From: Podarcis cretensis
Taxonomy: Eukaryota
Direction: 5' to 3'
Length of the DNA: 64,000 bases
Assembly (NCBI GenBank): GCA_951804945.1
Contig: OX638150.1
Coordinates: 71,052,001-71,116,000 of the forward strand
This document shows, one piece after another, positions 49,601 to 63,210 of the stretch. Made by a program: the position numbers and the translations under genes. Each line of letters opens with the position of its first letter. The first letter of the stretch is position 1. The notes beneath the pieces are model-generated. The model saw only the letters and a program-made list of their open reading frames with translations. It was not told the DNA's origin and searched no databases.

Positions 49601-52600
49601 CAGGGAGAGAATAAAGCTCAAATTTCTAGGAAAAAACCCACAGCACCCCAGTCTGCTCTTTTTAGTTTCCTTTTGTATACTCCTCAAAAGAACTTGGGCT
49701 ATATGGAACCTTCTCTGGTTGGCTGATCTCAACTTCAGGCTGATTTGCTTCTGTGTTCTCATCCAGTTGTGAGTTGTCTGCAGAACCGTTTTTGCCATTA
49801 TCAGATTTGGGGGTTTTTTGCCCTGAAAAACAAGGGAGCATTTCACAAACAGAGAGAAAGGGGGCAAGATCTGTTGAGATGAGCATCTTCGGATGCAGCA
49901 GATCCCCAGCTAAGCTGGGAAGTTCCTGACACAGCTAAGTCCCCACCCTTGGGCTCAGATGGAGCTATGCAAATTCCTGCAGCAGCCAAAGCTGGTGCAA
50001 GCCCAGAATAAGGGACGTTACAGGACAGGAGGGAGGGGGACATAATGTGCATCCCAAGCCCCATCAGATCAGTCATGTGACCCTAGGAGCCCTGCGTCAG
50101 TTAAGCTAGCAAAAAGGATGGCCTAATGAAAACAACAACACAGAAGTCAACGAAGAGGACCTGATCTTCTGGACCCAGTGGATCTATAGCACCTGCAGGA
50201 TTCAAATTGTGCACTTCTTGACATCTGTGGTGTGCTATGCTGTCTCACAGGCTCCCTGCATAGGGACTTTGCATTCAGGAGTGGGGCTGGGGGCACTTGG
50301 AGAAAGACACTATGCACTTGAGGAACACACACCACAAACACTGGGCACCTTCGAAACAAAGGCTGCCCCTCAGACATGGAGAACAATCAATACCTTCATG
50401 CTAACACCTTTCTTCCTATCTTCACTCTCCAAAGGAATGCCACTAGCGCAGCAGTGACTGCTGCCGTACTACTACTCACAAGAAGGAGCAGCCATAGAGA
50501 CAGAGAACTGAGTAAGCCTGGAAGAGGGGAGCCCTTCTCAGTGTGGAGGCCTTGCAGCAGCCACAAAATCCCTTCCTCCCGGTCGACCCAGCCCTTCTGA
50601 TACTCCTGCAGCACCATGGTATACTGAACAAAGACACAATTATACGTTAAGCTTGAGGTACTGCACTATACAGTCTTATTATTGCGTTACCTCTTCTTCA
50701 TTTCTGGACTTATTTGCAAAAAAAGTTTATAGTCTCGATTATATCCTTCCATGAATTTTTATTTTAAAAATAAAGTTTAGCATATGTTACCTTTGCTCTT
50801 CTTTTTGGTGGCACCAATGGTATTGATGACAGGTACTCCTTCTGAGGTTTCAGAATCAAAATTTGCAAGAGGGGGAACATATCCAGGGCTTGCTGAGAAA
50901 CAAAAGGAGAAGCATTACATTACATTAAGGCAGACTTCATACATTACAAAGTTTCTACATGAATTGTATTTCCATGTGGCAATGAGAAATAAAAAGGTAG
51001 CTCTAACTGTACAGCAATCCTACACATGCAGAAAAACCACAGTCAACCTGTTTGCCGGCCCATCTACTTGTAGACATATGCAGATACTGGATATTCTCTT
51101 TCCCCCATGCCCTTTAACCCTGCATTTTGTTCTTGCTCACCTGCCAAGCATATTTCCAGTAGACACTGTAGCTCCGTAATGTTCTGTAACCGAGTCAAAA
51201 CTTTCTCCTTTATCTCGGGGTCATCTTGTTGACAGAAGGCATTCACCACCTTGAAAGGCAAAGCAAAATTGTGAAACTGAGAAAGGGACATCTCCTTTCC
51301 TAGCTACCTCTGCTAATCTAAGGTGGCTGCTAAACCTTTTATCGAATCTGATACTTCCAGAGCACACTGGAGAGACATCTTAATGCACTCCACAATAAGG
51401 ATTGTGAACTTCAGCCTTTGTCCAATTCCACATACATCACCTGTTATAAATAAGTTGCTGACTTGGACCATAAAATGTCAGCCAAACAACATGGCGAAGT
51501 GCATCTGCAAATTTCATCCCCTTGACCAGGAACCCACAGCTTTAAAGATGCAGATATGTTTTTTGAAATTGCTGTACTATACTGCATGACACAGTGCTCT
51601 GACATCTTGGGGCAGACACTCTTTTCAAAAGTAATGTGACAAACAAAGAAAGCAATTTTTAAAAAAAGAATCCTGGAGGCTCCTTTGTACACGTATTTTT
51701 CCAGTTACAAATATTATCTGTATTATAAAAAGTGTGTACTTCTGAAGGCATGTATTTTTTTACATGTACCAATCAGGAAGCATGCACTTCTTCACTCCCA
51801 AACACAAAAATAATATTTATGTCATGAAAATATGAATCCATTTAGACATACACAGAACCCAGTTTAGGAAAGCTTCCCTTTATGTTTTTGGGGAGATGGT
51901 ACTTGTCATATCAGACAGACATCTGGCGTATTAGCCAGAATTTGAAGGAGTAGGAAATTAACTATTTCTTGCATAGTACTGCTCACCTCACGGAACCAGT
52001 TGAGGGCATGAAATAGAAGAGAACAGAGGAATTCACGCTCTTGCTTCGATAAGGAATCTAACTTTCCTACCACGTCCAAGTTGGTCAGATACAAAGGACA
52101 CCCTGTAACAAACATGGCGAAACCCCAGGGCTTAAGTTAACTTAAGTTCAACATAATCAAAGCACCCACCCACTGCCACCTTCACAATCCATCCCTCTTA
52201 GCTGTTGCATTTGTATATAGTAGCTAGCACCTTATCCTTCCCAGAGTACCACAGAACTAAGTTCAGCTGGCCTGAGAGGTAATGGCACACGGCCAGTGAT
52301 TCCTAGTACAGTGGTACCTCGGGTTACATACGCTTCAGGTTACAGACCCTGCTAACCCAGAAATAGTACCTCAGGTACTTTGCTTCAGGATGAGAACAGA
52401 AATTGTGCTCCGGCGGCACGGTGGCAGCAGGAGGCCCCATTAGCTAAAGTGGTGCTTCAGGTTAAGAAGTGTTTCAGGTTAAGAACGGACCTCCAGAATG
52501 AATTAAGTACTTAACCCGAGGTACCACTGCAATTCAGTCTATTATGGGGGAATGAACAGTATAACTTAAGAGACAACAAATTAGAAGATAAGTTGTTTTG

Positions 52601-55600
52601 CTCACAACCCAGCTCTGAACATCCCAAGCCCTCAAAGAGATTACAGGACAGATTAGGTCAGGCAAAGCCAACTATCTTCTGCTGTAGTCCATGGACTAAA
52701 GCAATAAATGCCATTCATTCACAGAGATAACTGTCCATAACCTGTACCTAATAGGGCATCAACATCATCCAAGCTCCCTTTATTCACTTCTGCCATGCAG
52801 AGTCTCAGCAGCCGGAAGAATGGTGACAAACACAGAGGAGACACTACCCTGGGGAGAGAAAGGAGAGAAGAAATGAAAAATGTCCTAGTCCAGTTTTCAG
52901 TATTTCCAGACATGGCTTGGAAAGACCAGTCTGAAGCCCTAGATCAGGAGTAGCTAACTTCAGCCTTTCCAGACATTGATGGACTCCAAATTTCATCAGC
53001 TCCACTCAGCATGGCCAACGATCTGGGATGATAGGAACTGGAGTCCAACAACTATGTTGGCTGCCCTGGACTAAATCTATATAGGACCGATAAATGACCA
53101 CCAAGTTATCTCAAACCACATAATACTTTAAAAAACCAACAGTAGTTTCCTTGGGGGATTTCTTTAATAGGCATATTCATTGTGTTTATGTATGGAGGGC
53201 CACAGGTTACCCACCCCAACCCTAGACAATACTATGCTAGGTGGATAAATAATTTGGACTTTGCTTAAGGCAGCTTTGTGTGTTCTTAATATATTATTCA
53301 GACAGTGTAAAACTTAGCAAATTTTTAAAAGTATATTTAAATTTGCCTGCATCTTTCTTGTTGTATAAGAAGAAGAGTTTGGATTTGATATCCCGCTTTA
53401 TCACTACCCAAAGGAGTCTCAAAGCGGCTAACATTCTCCTTTCCCTTCCTCCCCCACAACAAACACTCTGTGAGGTGAGTGGGGCTGAGAGACTTCAGAG
53501 AAGTGTGACTAGCCCAAGGTCACCCAGCAGCTGCAGGTGGAGGAACAGAGGAGCGGAGACGCGAACCCGGTTCCCCAGATTACGAGTCTACTGCTCTTAA
53601 CCTTTAAATTGCCTCCTCTCATTAAAATGGAATCTTTGTTCCCATATGCAATGCCTAGGGGGAAAAATTGGGAAACACAGATGCACTACTAAGCAAACTG
53701 GAGAGATAGGGACCATGAGCTGTGGCAAGGCAATGAGATGTGTTTTGAAAAGGAACACTGAGTCTGCTGCTCTTTCCCCTTGTTTTTACATTTATCAGAA
53801 ATGCCTGCATGTTTTCTTCATAACCATCCTGACTAATTCTTTCTGAAAGAACAAAACAACTATTTCCATGATTCCATTTAAATTTTAAAAAGTATACATT
53901 AGCAGTCACATTCTGTCTTGGCCAAGGCTGTTATCTATTCATCTCAATAAGAACAGAGAAGCACCACTGACCTTTTGTCATGGCTCTTAGCTGCTACTTC
54001 ATCTACATTCTTGCTCAAATAGCTCTGGGACAGCAGAGGCAACAAGTTAATAGCAATTATTCCCTCACTTTTGTCATCTTCCAAGCTATACAGGGACTTC
54101 ACCGGGAGCAGGAAAGCACTGCAGAGGAATCAGATATCAATTGATGGCCAATGCTACAATAACTAATTGAATTTTTTGTACTGAAGGCGGTAAATGGTGT
54201 GGTTTTTTCCTGAAATACCTGTCCTCTATAGGGAGAAGATCTGTCACAAAATCTCTCTCAAAGTCCTTCTCCACACTGTTCTCAATCCACTCCTGAAAGA
54301 ATGACAGTTCCACAGGGAAAATTCATTTTAAAGAATTATGTTGAAGAAGGGTGACGGTGCAGGCTAAAGGAGGAAGTGAAGCATGCAAACTAGCTAAAGC
54401 AACTCCTCCTTTATCCCCTACTACTTTTCCTTTGACTGCTTCCACTGAGAACCCCTTTACCCTCATAGACTTTAATTAGCCTAATCTACTCCCAATACTG
54501 GTTCAAGTTGTATGGCACTTAGGTGTCGTGCCAAAACCTTATTTTCCCTCCAAAAACAAGATATTATTTTATTTAAGGATTTAGTAAAGCAATAAGTTAA
54601 ACTTTCTTTGAGGAAAAAAGATTTGAGGGTGTAGAAGTCAGAAGAAGTCAGAAACAAACTATGGCTTACCACAAACATGCAGCATGCTGGTGCATGTTAT
54701 TCAAATTGCATCCACCCTGCTTCTTCCATTGCCAAAAGCCAGGTTAAAACCAACCACAGTGCTGGCGGAGTGTTACGTGTGAACCTGCGCTCATGGTTTG
54801 TTTCTTTCATATAAACCAAGAGCATGAAGTAAAAAACAAACCTTCAACTCATGGCTTATAGAGAGAGAAACAAACCATGAACAATGGTTTGCATGTGATG
54901 CTAAGGAAGCGCTGTGGTTGGTTTCCTCTCAGCTTGGTAAAGGGAGCAGGAGGAGCAACTGGAGCAATGTGCATGTGCTCAATTGCTTCAGATTAAAGTT
55001 TACCATGATTTACCAGACTACTGTTTCAGCTAATATTATCCCAGCTACGGTTATACAATGTCTGTAACTGAATGGATGCAGACCAATAGCTCTATGACCT
55101 ACTAGGATCTGAGAATCCAAATTCCCTTTTTGAATCAAGTTGGCAAGTTCATCGTAATAGAGAGCCAAGGCCTGGGGGACCTGTCCACAGCAGGAGCAAA
55201 CCAGCTCTAATAAAGATATAATCTGTAGAAAAAGAAGAAGCAGAGTAGTTACTGGAGGATGATATGGTTTCAGCTTTTCAATGTTCGCACATAGTCCACA
55301 AACCCCCAAGTGACTTTAGAGGTTACCAGAAATGTCATTAGCCAAATGAATGTCACTCTGGCATTTGGTCAACGGCTCTTCTCAAAATTGTGATAGGATA
55401 ATTGTATGGGCAACTTGTGATGGCTCCACAAGTGCTGGCAGCCTGTGCACATTCCCCTGTGAACATTATAAGGAACACCAGCAGCCAAATGTTAAGTAAT
55501 ATTTGACACCTATCTCTGAAACGCATTCTGTGTGCACAAATCTACACTGACACCTTGTCTTACTGACATTGACATCCTGCTCCTCCCATAACTCCCACTC

Positions 55601-57594
55601 ATGCATTCTCAGATTAATTCTTCCAAGCTTATTTTTCTAACCTTTTTACCGGGCCTCACCTCACATAATGCTAAACCATGGTTTCTAGCATTATGAGCAA
55701 AGGCTCTGACAAGTATTGGGCTTGCATATTCTCTCCTCCCACCTCCTCTTTAGCGCATAAGAGAAGGAGATAGTTTAAAATGAAAAGCAGAAACTTTCTA
55801 ACGACTTCCCCCCCCATGTTAAAATTGGGGAGGATTCCAGTCAGTTTAAATTCTAAGTTAATAAATAAGCAAGCATCATGTTAATCTGAATATCTCTCCA
55901 AGCTTTATACTGACTGATCTTCCCATTCAGCTCTGCTGCAATTTTTCAAAGAACACATCTCTTCCCCACATACTACCTATTCCCAGAGCGGTCCTGCAAA
56001 TATCCAAATACTTGCCTGTCTACATTGCTCCTTGCTCAGCTGTGCCCGTTCCAATAGCTGTCCATTTTCTTTGCTCCTGAAATCATATTTTAGAGTAATT
56101 ATTTTTAACTGATGTAGTTGGGCGCTCGGATATACATTTCTGAGCCACAGAAATGGAACTAAGGCTGCTTCAAAGACCATAAATTCATTACATTCTTTAC
56201 ATCTCATTGATCATCATTCACTGTCCAATTAATCATCACAATGATATAACTGTCACAGACCCATATGGGTAGGGAGGTGGCTTCAAATGCCATAAATGCT
56301 CACATATCCTCTGAAGGCTTTCTTCCTGCTTTGCATTATTCTCCAAAACAAATGAACCCCAAATACCATTGCCTAATGAACTGAAATCCAGTGAGAATTG
56401 TGTCTCTTCACAAGAACACTATTATTTTATTTTATAGCTTCTGTTGTGTTTTTGATCATGCAGCACTTCATATCACAGAATTAAAACAATACCATGGAGG
56501 GATCCCCTCATAATTTGCAGAATGCATTTTGATAACATTCATTTCAAAAGCCCAGGAACACAGAATTCTACCTCACCTTTAACAAGGCATCAATAAATCA
56601 TATGCAAATGTATTGCAGATCATTAGGCTCTACAACATTTTGCCAGATATTTGAAAAGCGGTGTGCCCCTCATCTCTACTGCACTATTTGTATACATTGT
56701 GTATACACAGGGAACACAGTTAGAAATCCTGCTGCTCACTTTTTCTAAGGCTCCGCTTTCTTTTTCCCCATAGACCACTTAAAAATTGCTGAGGGTCCTG
56801 GTGGACCAATTAAGATTTTTTTTCTGCTTGTTGTAGCAACTGTAATGCACTGTGCTAGACACTGTACAATTTTAAACTGTATTTTTATTGCGTCCTTCAG
56901 TTCTTATATAATTGTATTTTATTGTATAACAATCTGAATTCCAGAGACTTCAAACTGTAATATAGTAAAATACAAGAAATAAAAGAATCAATAAAAATAA
57001 AATTAAAGATCACCATATTTAACACAATGGATAAGCTGCCTCCTGTCTTCAGCCACAAATCCACCTGAATGAAGTTTGCCCATGGACGACAGTTTGGAAG
57101 CCCCTGTTCTAAGGCATACTGTTGGTATCAGCCTTAATGGAGCTCTTTCGGACAACCTATATATTTGGAAATTGATTTTTTAAAATTGCTATATTCTCTT
57201 GGATTTTTCATGGTGCAGTTTTCAAGAGACACCCTCGGTTGCCATCTGTATCTAGAAAAGAGTTAAATGACAGTGTGCAAATTCTTCTCCATTTCCTCAC
57301 CTCTTTGCTGCCATGCTTCCCACCATGGTAACTGCACCAATAATACCAATGCGCTTATACTTTGGAATAGTGCTGGAGAGTTGCTTCCTGATCACCATAT
57401 GCATGTCATCCTGCATGGAAAGAGAGGAACCAGAATGTCAGAAATAACGACGCCTCATCCAGATGCACTCACAGTAAATCTCATGCCACTGAATTATGCA
57501 TGAAATCTCTAACACCTGAAAGGGTAGAAGTAGTATATGTGCTGGAATTCAGTGGACGTTCAGCAACGTTCAGCAAATTTTGAACATTCACTGT

Positions 57595-57636
<42 letters not shown>

Positions 57637-60600
57637 GCATCTAGATATTTGCGATTAGGTCATAAGAACATCCCTGCTGGATCTGACCAAAAGCCCATTT
57701 AGTCCATCATCCTGTTCTCACAGTGGCCAACTAGATGTGTATGGGAGCCCAGAATCAGGACATGAGTGCAATAGCAACGCTCCCCACTTGTGTTCCTCAG
57801 CAACTGGTACTCAAAGGAATTCCATCTTGGAGGTAGTACTGTATTGGCCCAAATATAAGCTGCACTTTTTTTCCAAATTCTGACTGTGAGAAGTTAAAGT
57901 GCGGCTTATATTTGGAGCCGAGTGCCGGAACCGGCTTGGGGAGTGGGGCGCTGAGCACCGGCCACCCCCTGTTCAGGGTGTTAGTGCTGGGAGGTGGGCC
58001 ACACCTGCAAATAAACCTTGAATTTTAAAGGTGCGTCTTATTTGCAGGTGCAGCTTATAGTCAGGCCAATACGGTGCATAGCCATCAGGATCTACAGAAC
58101 TCAGTATGTTTCTACTCACCTGAATGTGATTGCTTTTGTGCCCCTGGCTGAATGCCAGCATGCTAAGAATCTGGAATAGCTTCCGGATTTGTTGTGGACT
58201 TAGATTATCCATATAATCTAAAATGCTCTGAAAAGGAGAGATCAGAGTCAGGCCAAGTACTCCATATCTTCATGATAAATTCTGATAACAGAATGTGCAG
58301 TACAGCAAAAAGTATACTGTTAACACCTGGACTGACTTCCTCTGTGTCACAAAAAGTGGACCATTAACCAAACTGTGGTGGACCATCAAGCACCAGCCGA
58401 TTGCTCAGACTCTTCCAAAGAAGAATGGTTAGTTGTTAAGCTGTTAGTACCAAAGTGAGAGCTCCCAGCTTTGTATCATACTTGCCTTCAGAAAGACTGC
58501 ATAAGGAACTATGGATGAAGTGTGAAGAGACACCAGGTCAATGAGCATATCCAGAGAGACATCAACTGCAATATTATTGCCACCACATGCATGAGTTACC
58601 AAGGCACCCACAATCTCCTGCAGGAACAAACACAAGGCAAAATGAAAAGCATGCAGTCCAGCTTTGGGCAGAATGGCCCTGACCTGGTATAAGAGAGGCT
58701 AGAGATGCTGCCTACTTCCAGAGACATCCCATCCTGTTTTGCCACCTGAGTCCAAGCCTCCTTTAGCTGGGTCACACAGCAGTGCCCACAAAGTGAAGGG
58801 CACAAGATGTCTCAAGATATTGGTGAGATCTTGCTGGAAGTTGCCACTTTTCCAGCAGTCATGGGGACACTGCCTCCTGGGATTCTGCCGCCTGAGGTGG
58901 CTGCCTCAGCGCATCTCATAGGTGGGCCGGCCCTGACTTCTTTGCCTGTATATTCTTGTTCAGCTTTCCTCTTTTGGTTAACATAGTTTGCACCCACATA
59001 AGCTGGACTGTAGAGAATGACAAGAAACTCTACATAAACCAGAGCAAAACACAGAACAGAGATGTGCTTATCAAACTAATCACAGCAGGCATCTTGATGT
59101 AACAAAAAGAAAATAAAAAGAAGAAGTGCAGATAAACGTTTTTGACTTTTGAAGCCGGAGGTGTGCATTTTCCGAACTCATCATATTATTGTGATTTTTA
59201 TCTATTTTTATTCTGAATTTTAAATTGTTCTAACCTTCCCTGGGACCTCTCTAGTGAAGAGCAGGCAATAATTTTAATAAATAATAATATGCTGACCTAT
59301 TCCCTCCCTCTCAGTGGTGTTTAATGTGAGGAATTAAATAAAGGTGCCCCTGGGTTATCAGCAGCATTTCATTCAGAATTAGATCATTGTGAACTTATCG
59401 TTTAAACTTGTACACTGCCTTGACGTGGATTGTAATTGGTGATTTATAAATGTTTCACAAATTTAAAAAGTAATTAGCATATTTTCCACCCACATGGCCC
59501 AGCCCTGGTAGCTGCAGGGTGGCTAATAGTGCTGTGGCCAGAAAGGGCCTTTGGCCAGTGCCCTATCTCACCTATCACTGGCACAGGCCTGGCTACAAAA
59601 CAGGAAACTTGATGCAAACTGGTTGTCTTCTATGATCCATGGCATGCTGCCCCCCACTACATTAGAAGCAGAAGCTGTCAACTGCTACAAGGCAACAACA
59701 CACACACACTTCACCAAACAGAGAATGGAACTAATGTGTCACTATACCTGCTGGCAATAAGAGTCAAAGACTGTGAATGCTTGCTTGTACATACAGCAGC
59801 CAAAAGAGACAATGCAGGGATCTGCCGAGTGTACAAAGATCTCAGCCAGTGACAGGACAGCTGGAAAGAGGTCTCTCATAACCTGGATAAAGACAGAAAA
59901 AAGGGAGATTCTGATACATACCTCTACTATATCTCCAATTGTCTATATTACTCCAAGTTAAGGGTTTTTTTATATTTTACTCTCCTGAAAAGATTGGCAA
60001 CGATTACAGGAAACACTTCAACATCTCACAAAGATGAGCTAACAAAATACTGGAGCAATTCATACAGACTGACATTTCTAAAATTACATTGTAAATCAAT
60101 AAGACAATGAGGCAAGCAATAAGGAGGCTTCTGAGGGATAGAAGCCACCAACACTGTCTAGTTCTACCAGAAGGAAGTTTTACTCCAGCCGACTTTAGGA
60201 AGCGTACGTATGAGGATGTCTCCTGTTGACAGTTTCCAGACGTAAAGAAGCACATGTTCTTTGTAGGAGCCAGTAACACCCTGAATCCTAGAGCCAGTTC
60301 ACACATACAAGTCTTGTTATCTTCAGAATAAATCAGGCAGCATGTGGAGGCAGCCAGCAGCCATTTCTGCAGCTGAAACCACCATGATTGCAGGAAAAGC
60401 TGTAACCATCTCTGCCTGTTTTACTTTAATGTCTCCCCATGCAGATCTGTACCTGTGTACACAGCCATGTGGATAAAATAACCAAGGTCTGTATGCAAAC
60501 CAGCAAATAATCATGCAGATTTTAGGACAGAGGATGGAATGGGGGAAAGACTGTCAGCATGCTGGATCACACAGCAGCAGGAGTACTCACCATTAAGTAG

Positions 60601-63210
60601 TAACGGAAGGCATTGCGCAGCAACTGCTCTCTTACGCAGCCTGATTGAATCTTGTTCTTCAGCACTCTCTCAATCTGCTTCTTGTTCTTGCCATTTGTAG
60701 CATAGATTACTAACAGCATTATCAGATCCAGAACCTTTTGGCAAGTAAAACAATTAACCTGGTTATGCAAAGGTTAACAACCAAGCAAGGTAGAAGAATA
60801 AGAATCAGACCAGACAAAGGATCTAGACAACTCACTTGGCAGAACCTGTGGTAATTTTATATAGCATTCTGAAAAACGTCTCTTTAGTTTTGCTTTTAAA
60901 ATGACACGTTCCTAGTGTTCATGATTCAGAAGAAAGATTGGAAGGCCCAGCCAGTGTTTACAATAAACTAAGGTTTCAGTGGTTAGAGTGAAAATTCATT
61001 CCTAGTTCTCATCTACTTTCTGATAAGAATTTCTTCCATTGCACAATTACATGGAGGGAAGAAGGTGAATCCAAATTCTGAAAACAACTCCTTTTTGTAC
61101 TTATGTAAAGCAAATATAAATGTGCATACACTGAAGGCAGTGTCTAAAAGCAGAATCTGAGAAGCCTCTAAAACAGAATTCTAGTATCTTGGCCAAAGAG
61201 TGGAATAATTTTCTGTCATATCGACAAGCAGTCCAGAGACTGAGATCTCTCAGTTTAGAGGATGGATGAAAAGTTTGGCCTTTGCCCTGACTTCTAATGG
61301 CTTTGAGTGAAGAAATAGATTTGCTACAAATATTGAGCTAGAAAGCTAACTCAGGTGTGTTAGAAATGCAGAGAGAAAAGATAAAGGTCAGTTTCAATAT
61401 CTCCTCTTACTACACAAGTGACAACTTCACACTATTCCAAATTAATGTAATTGCTGCTGGGAATTTTTTTTAAAGGGTGCCATGAAGGAAACAAGTTCCC
61501 CCCTTCAATTAACATCCCTAAAAAGATAATTATAGGTAGAGAACAGCTACTGCAGAATCTAAGGTATTACCTTATGGTCAGAGGCAGAAGCAACACTTTC
61601 AATGGCCTAGAACAGGAGCAGAAAAGACAGTTGCCAGTGCTGAACAAATAACCACCCTACACAAGAGACAAAACACATATTTCCAACAGTACACCTGCTG
61701 ATTGCCGCACATGAAATCATGCACAAGTCAGACATAGGTAGAGGGCCTTCTCGGTAGTGGCGTCCATCCTATGGAATGCCCTTCCATCAAATGTTAAGGA
61801 GATGAGTAATTATATAACATTTAGAAAACATCTGAAGGCAGCCCTGTTTAGGGAAGCCTTTTAAAGATTTAATAATTTGCTGGGTTTTTTTATATATGCT
61901 GGAATCCACCCAGAGTGGCTGGGTTGGCAACCGAGTCAGATGGGTGGGGTACAAATAACAAATTAATATTATTATTATTAGTGTAAATCTACTGGAACCT
62001 TCCTAATACATATCTTCTACCACAGTCTTAGGACAAAGGTTGTGCTATGGGAATGGGGAGGAGAAACACACCTGGGCACTTCTGCCACATGAGTCAAAAT
62101 GCTCCTGGAACTTATTAGGACTCACCATCAAATACTGGAAAGAGACATTCGTCCCATTTCAGGCATATAAGCCTCTGTTCTGGTGGTGTAATGGTTGGAG
62201 TACTGGACTAGGACCTGGGAGACCAGGGTTCAAATCCCAAGTCAGCTCAATTTTATGATTCTATTATCTGCATCTTCCCGGCATATTGTGTTATTTTATC
62301 TTCTTTTGACTATTAGTTAATAAGTTTGGAAAGGAATTTACTTCCAATCGGTCTGCATTCCGAGCAGTAATTCCAGGCAGCCAGATGTTATACTGCCAAA
62401 GTTACAAACTCAGGTTGGAACTCAGGCATCAGATGAGGAAGAGTTAAGGAAGCCTCCTTAACAGCATAATCTTATACATGTCCACTCAGAGTCAGGTCCC
62501 AATTTCAGTGGTGCTTGCTCCCAATGAGTGGGTATTGGATTGCTGCTTAAGACGGCCTGCATTGGCCGCAGGGAGATAGAAAGGCTTCAGGGCACAATGA
62601 GAGGATTACAGCATCAAGGGATGGTGTTGAATAGGGACGATAGCTCATGGTTAGCAAGGCTGACCCTTCCCAGGAGTGTATGCTGGTCGTTAGACTACCC
62701 ACGCACATGCCTGTCCATCTCCACTGCCCATGTTCATTACTGCATATCGTTATGCTCTATCAAGTGTTTTCCTTTCCCGTTTCTTCCTCAATGACTATGA
62801 TTGTATGTTACACCCTACATTGCAGAATCTGGACTGGATGTCCTCAAAAGATTCCTCCCAACTCTGTGATTCTATTCTATTCTGTTTTGATTTTCTCAAA
62901 TAGGACTCAAAGTCTGAATTCAACAGCAGAGCCGTTCTGTGATGATTCTATCATTCACATATAATTTCCTTACTGAAAAGGAAATAGATTTTAACAAGAT
63001 CTTTAAATAAAAATCTGAAGTACATATTTTTTATAGAACTGCATCTGAAAGAAACAACAACTTGGGAAAAGTGCATACCCACAGAGAAAACACACCCTGA
63101 CCTTAATCCAGCCTTCTGAAATGGTCTTCTGGAATTTAACAGCAGACTTTATAACTTCAAAAAGGAGCTTGATGCAGTCCTGGTTGACACACAGTTGGCT
63201 TGCAGACAGA
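39203..63210 (-). CDS. FANCD2: Fanconi anemia group D2 protein, 3' part (exons equivalent to human 13-44; 5' exons lie beyond the window)
   Basis: Frame-consistent exons with AG/GT(GC) borders: 63102-63210, 61571-61606, 60591-60734, 59748-59882, 58486-58617, 58120-58227, 57301-57410, 56016-56076, 55103-55222, 54219-54292, 53972-54118, 52748-52848, 51987-52102, 51141-51249, 50791-50892, 49710-49822, 48760-48906, 48409-48525, 47681-47809, 47406-47524, 46918-47028, 46509-46636, 45769-45868, 45313-45435, 45033-45126, 44449-44520, 43990-44028, 43180-43254, 42538-42612, 40767-40913, 39799-39870, 39203-39283. Diagnostic peptides: [27 protein letters not shown] (monoubiquitinated-Lys motif), [56 protein letters not shown], and acidic C-terminus [26 protein letters not shown]. 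Adjacent to BRK1 as in mammals. Confidence 0.97.
41356..41634. mobile_element. Tc1/pogo-type MITE family B
   Basis: Same TIR, opposite orientation to the 23111 copy. Confidence 0.85.
41890..42251 (-). mobile_element. Sauria SINE
   Basis: Near-identical to 19159-19522; TSD tgtggttgtgata. Confidence 0.9.
52309..52529. mobile_element. Tc1/pogo-type MITE family A
   Basis: Same TIR and internal sequence. Confidence 0.85.
53369..53600 (-). mobile_element. tRNA-derived SINE with (CTT)n tail
   Basis: B-box-like ggttcgcgtc at the head, MIR/CORE-like body, (AAG)n on the plus strand. Confidence 0.6.
57301..57410 (-). CDS. FANCD2: FANCD2 exon carrying the monoubiquitination lysine (human K561 equivalent, codon 57386-57384)
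   Basis: Translates [37 protein letters not shown]; cag acceptor, AG|gtgagg donor; not in the ORF track. Confidence 0.95.
61720..61980 (+). mobile_element. L2-type LINE 3' end
   Basis: [15 protein letters not shown]-like RT C-terminus followed by an (ATT)n tail; relatives at ~31975-32190 (+) and ~27114-27230 (-). Confidence 0.65.
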
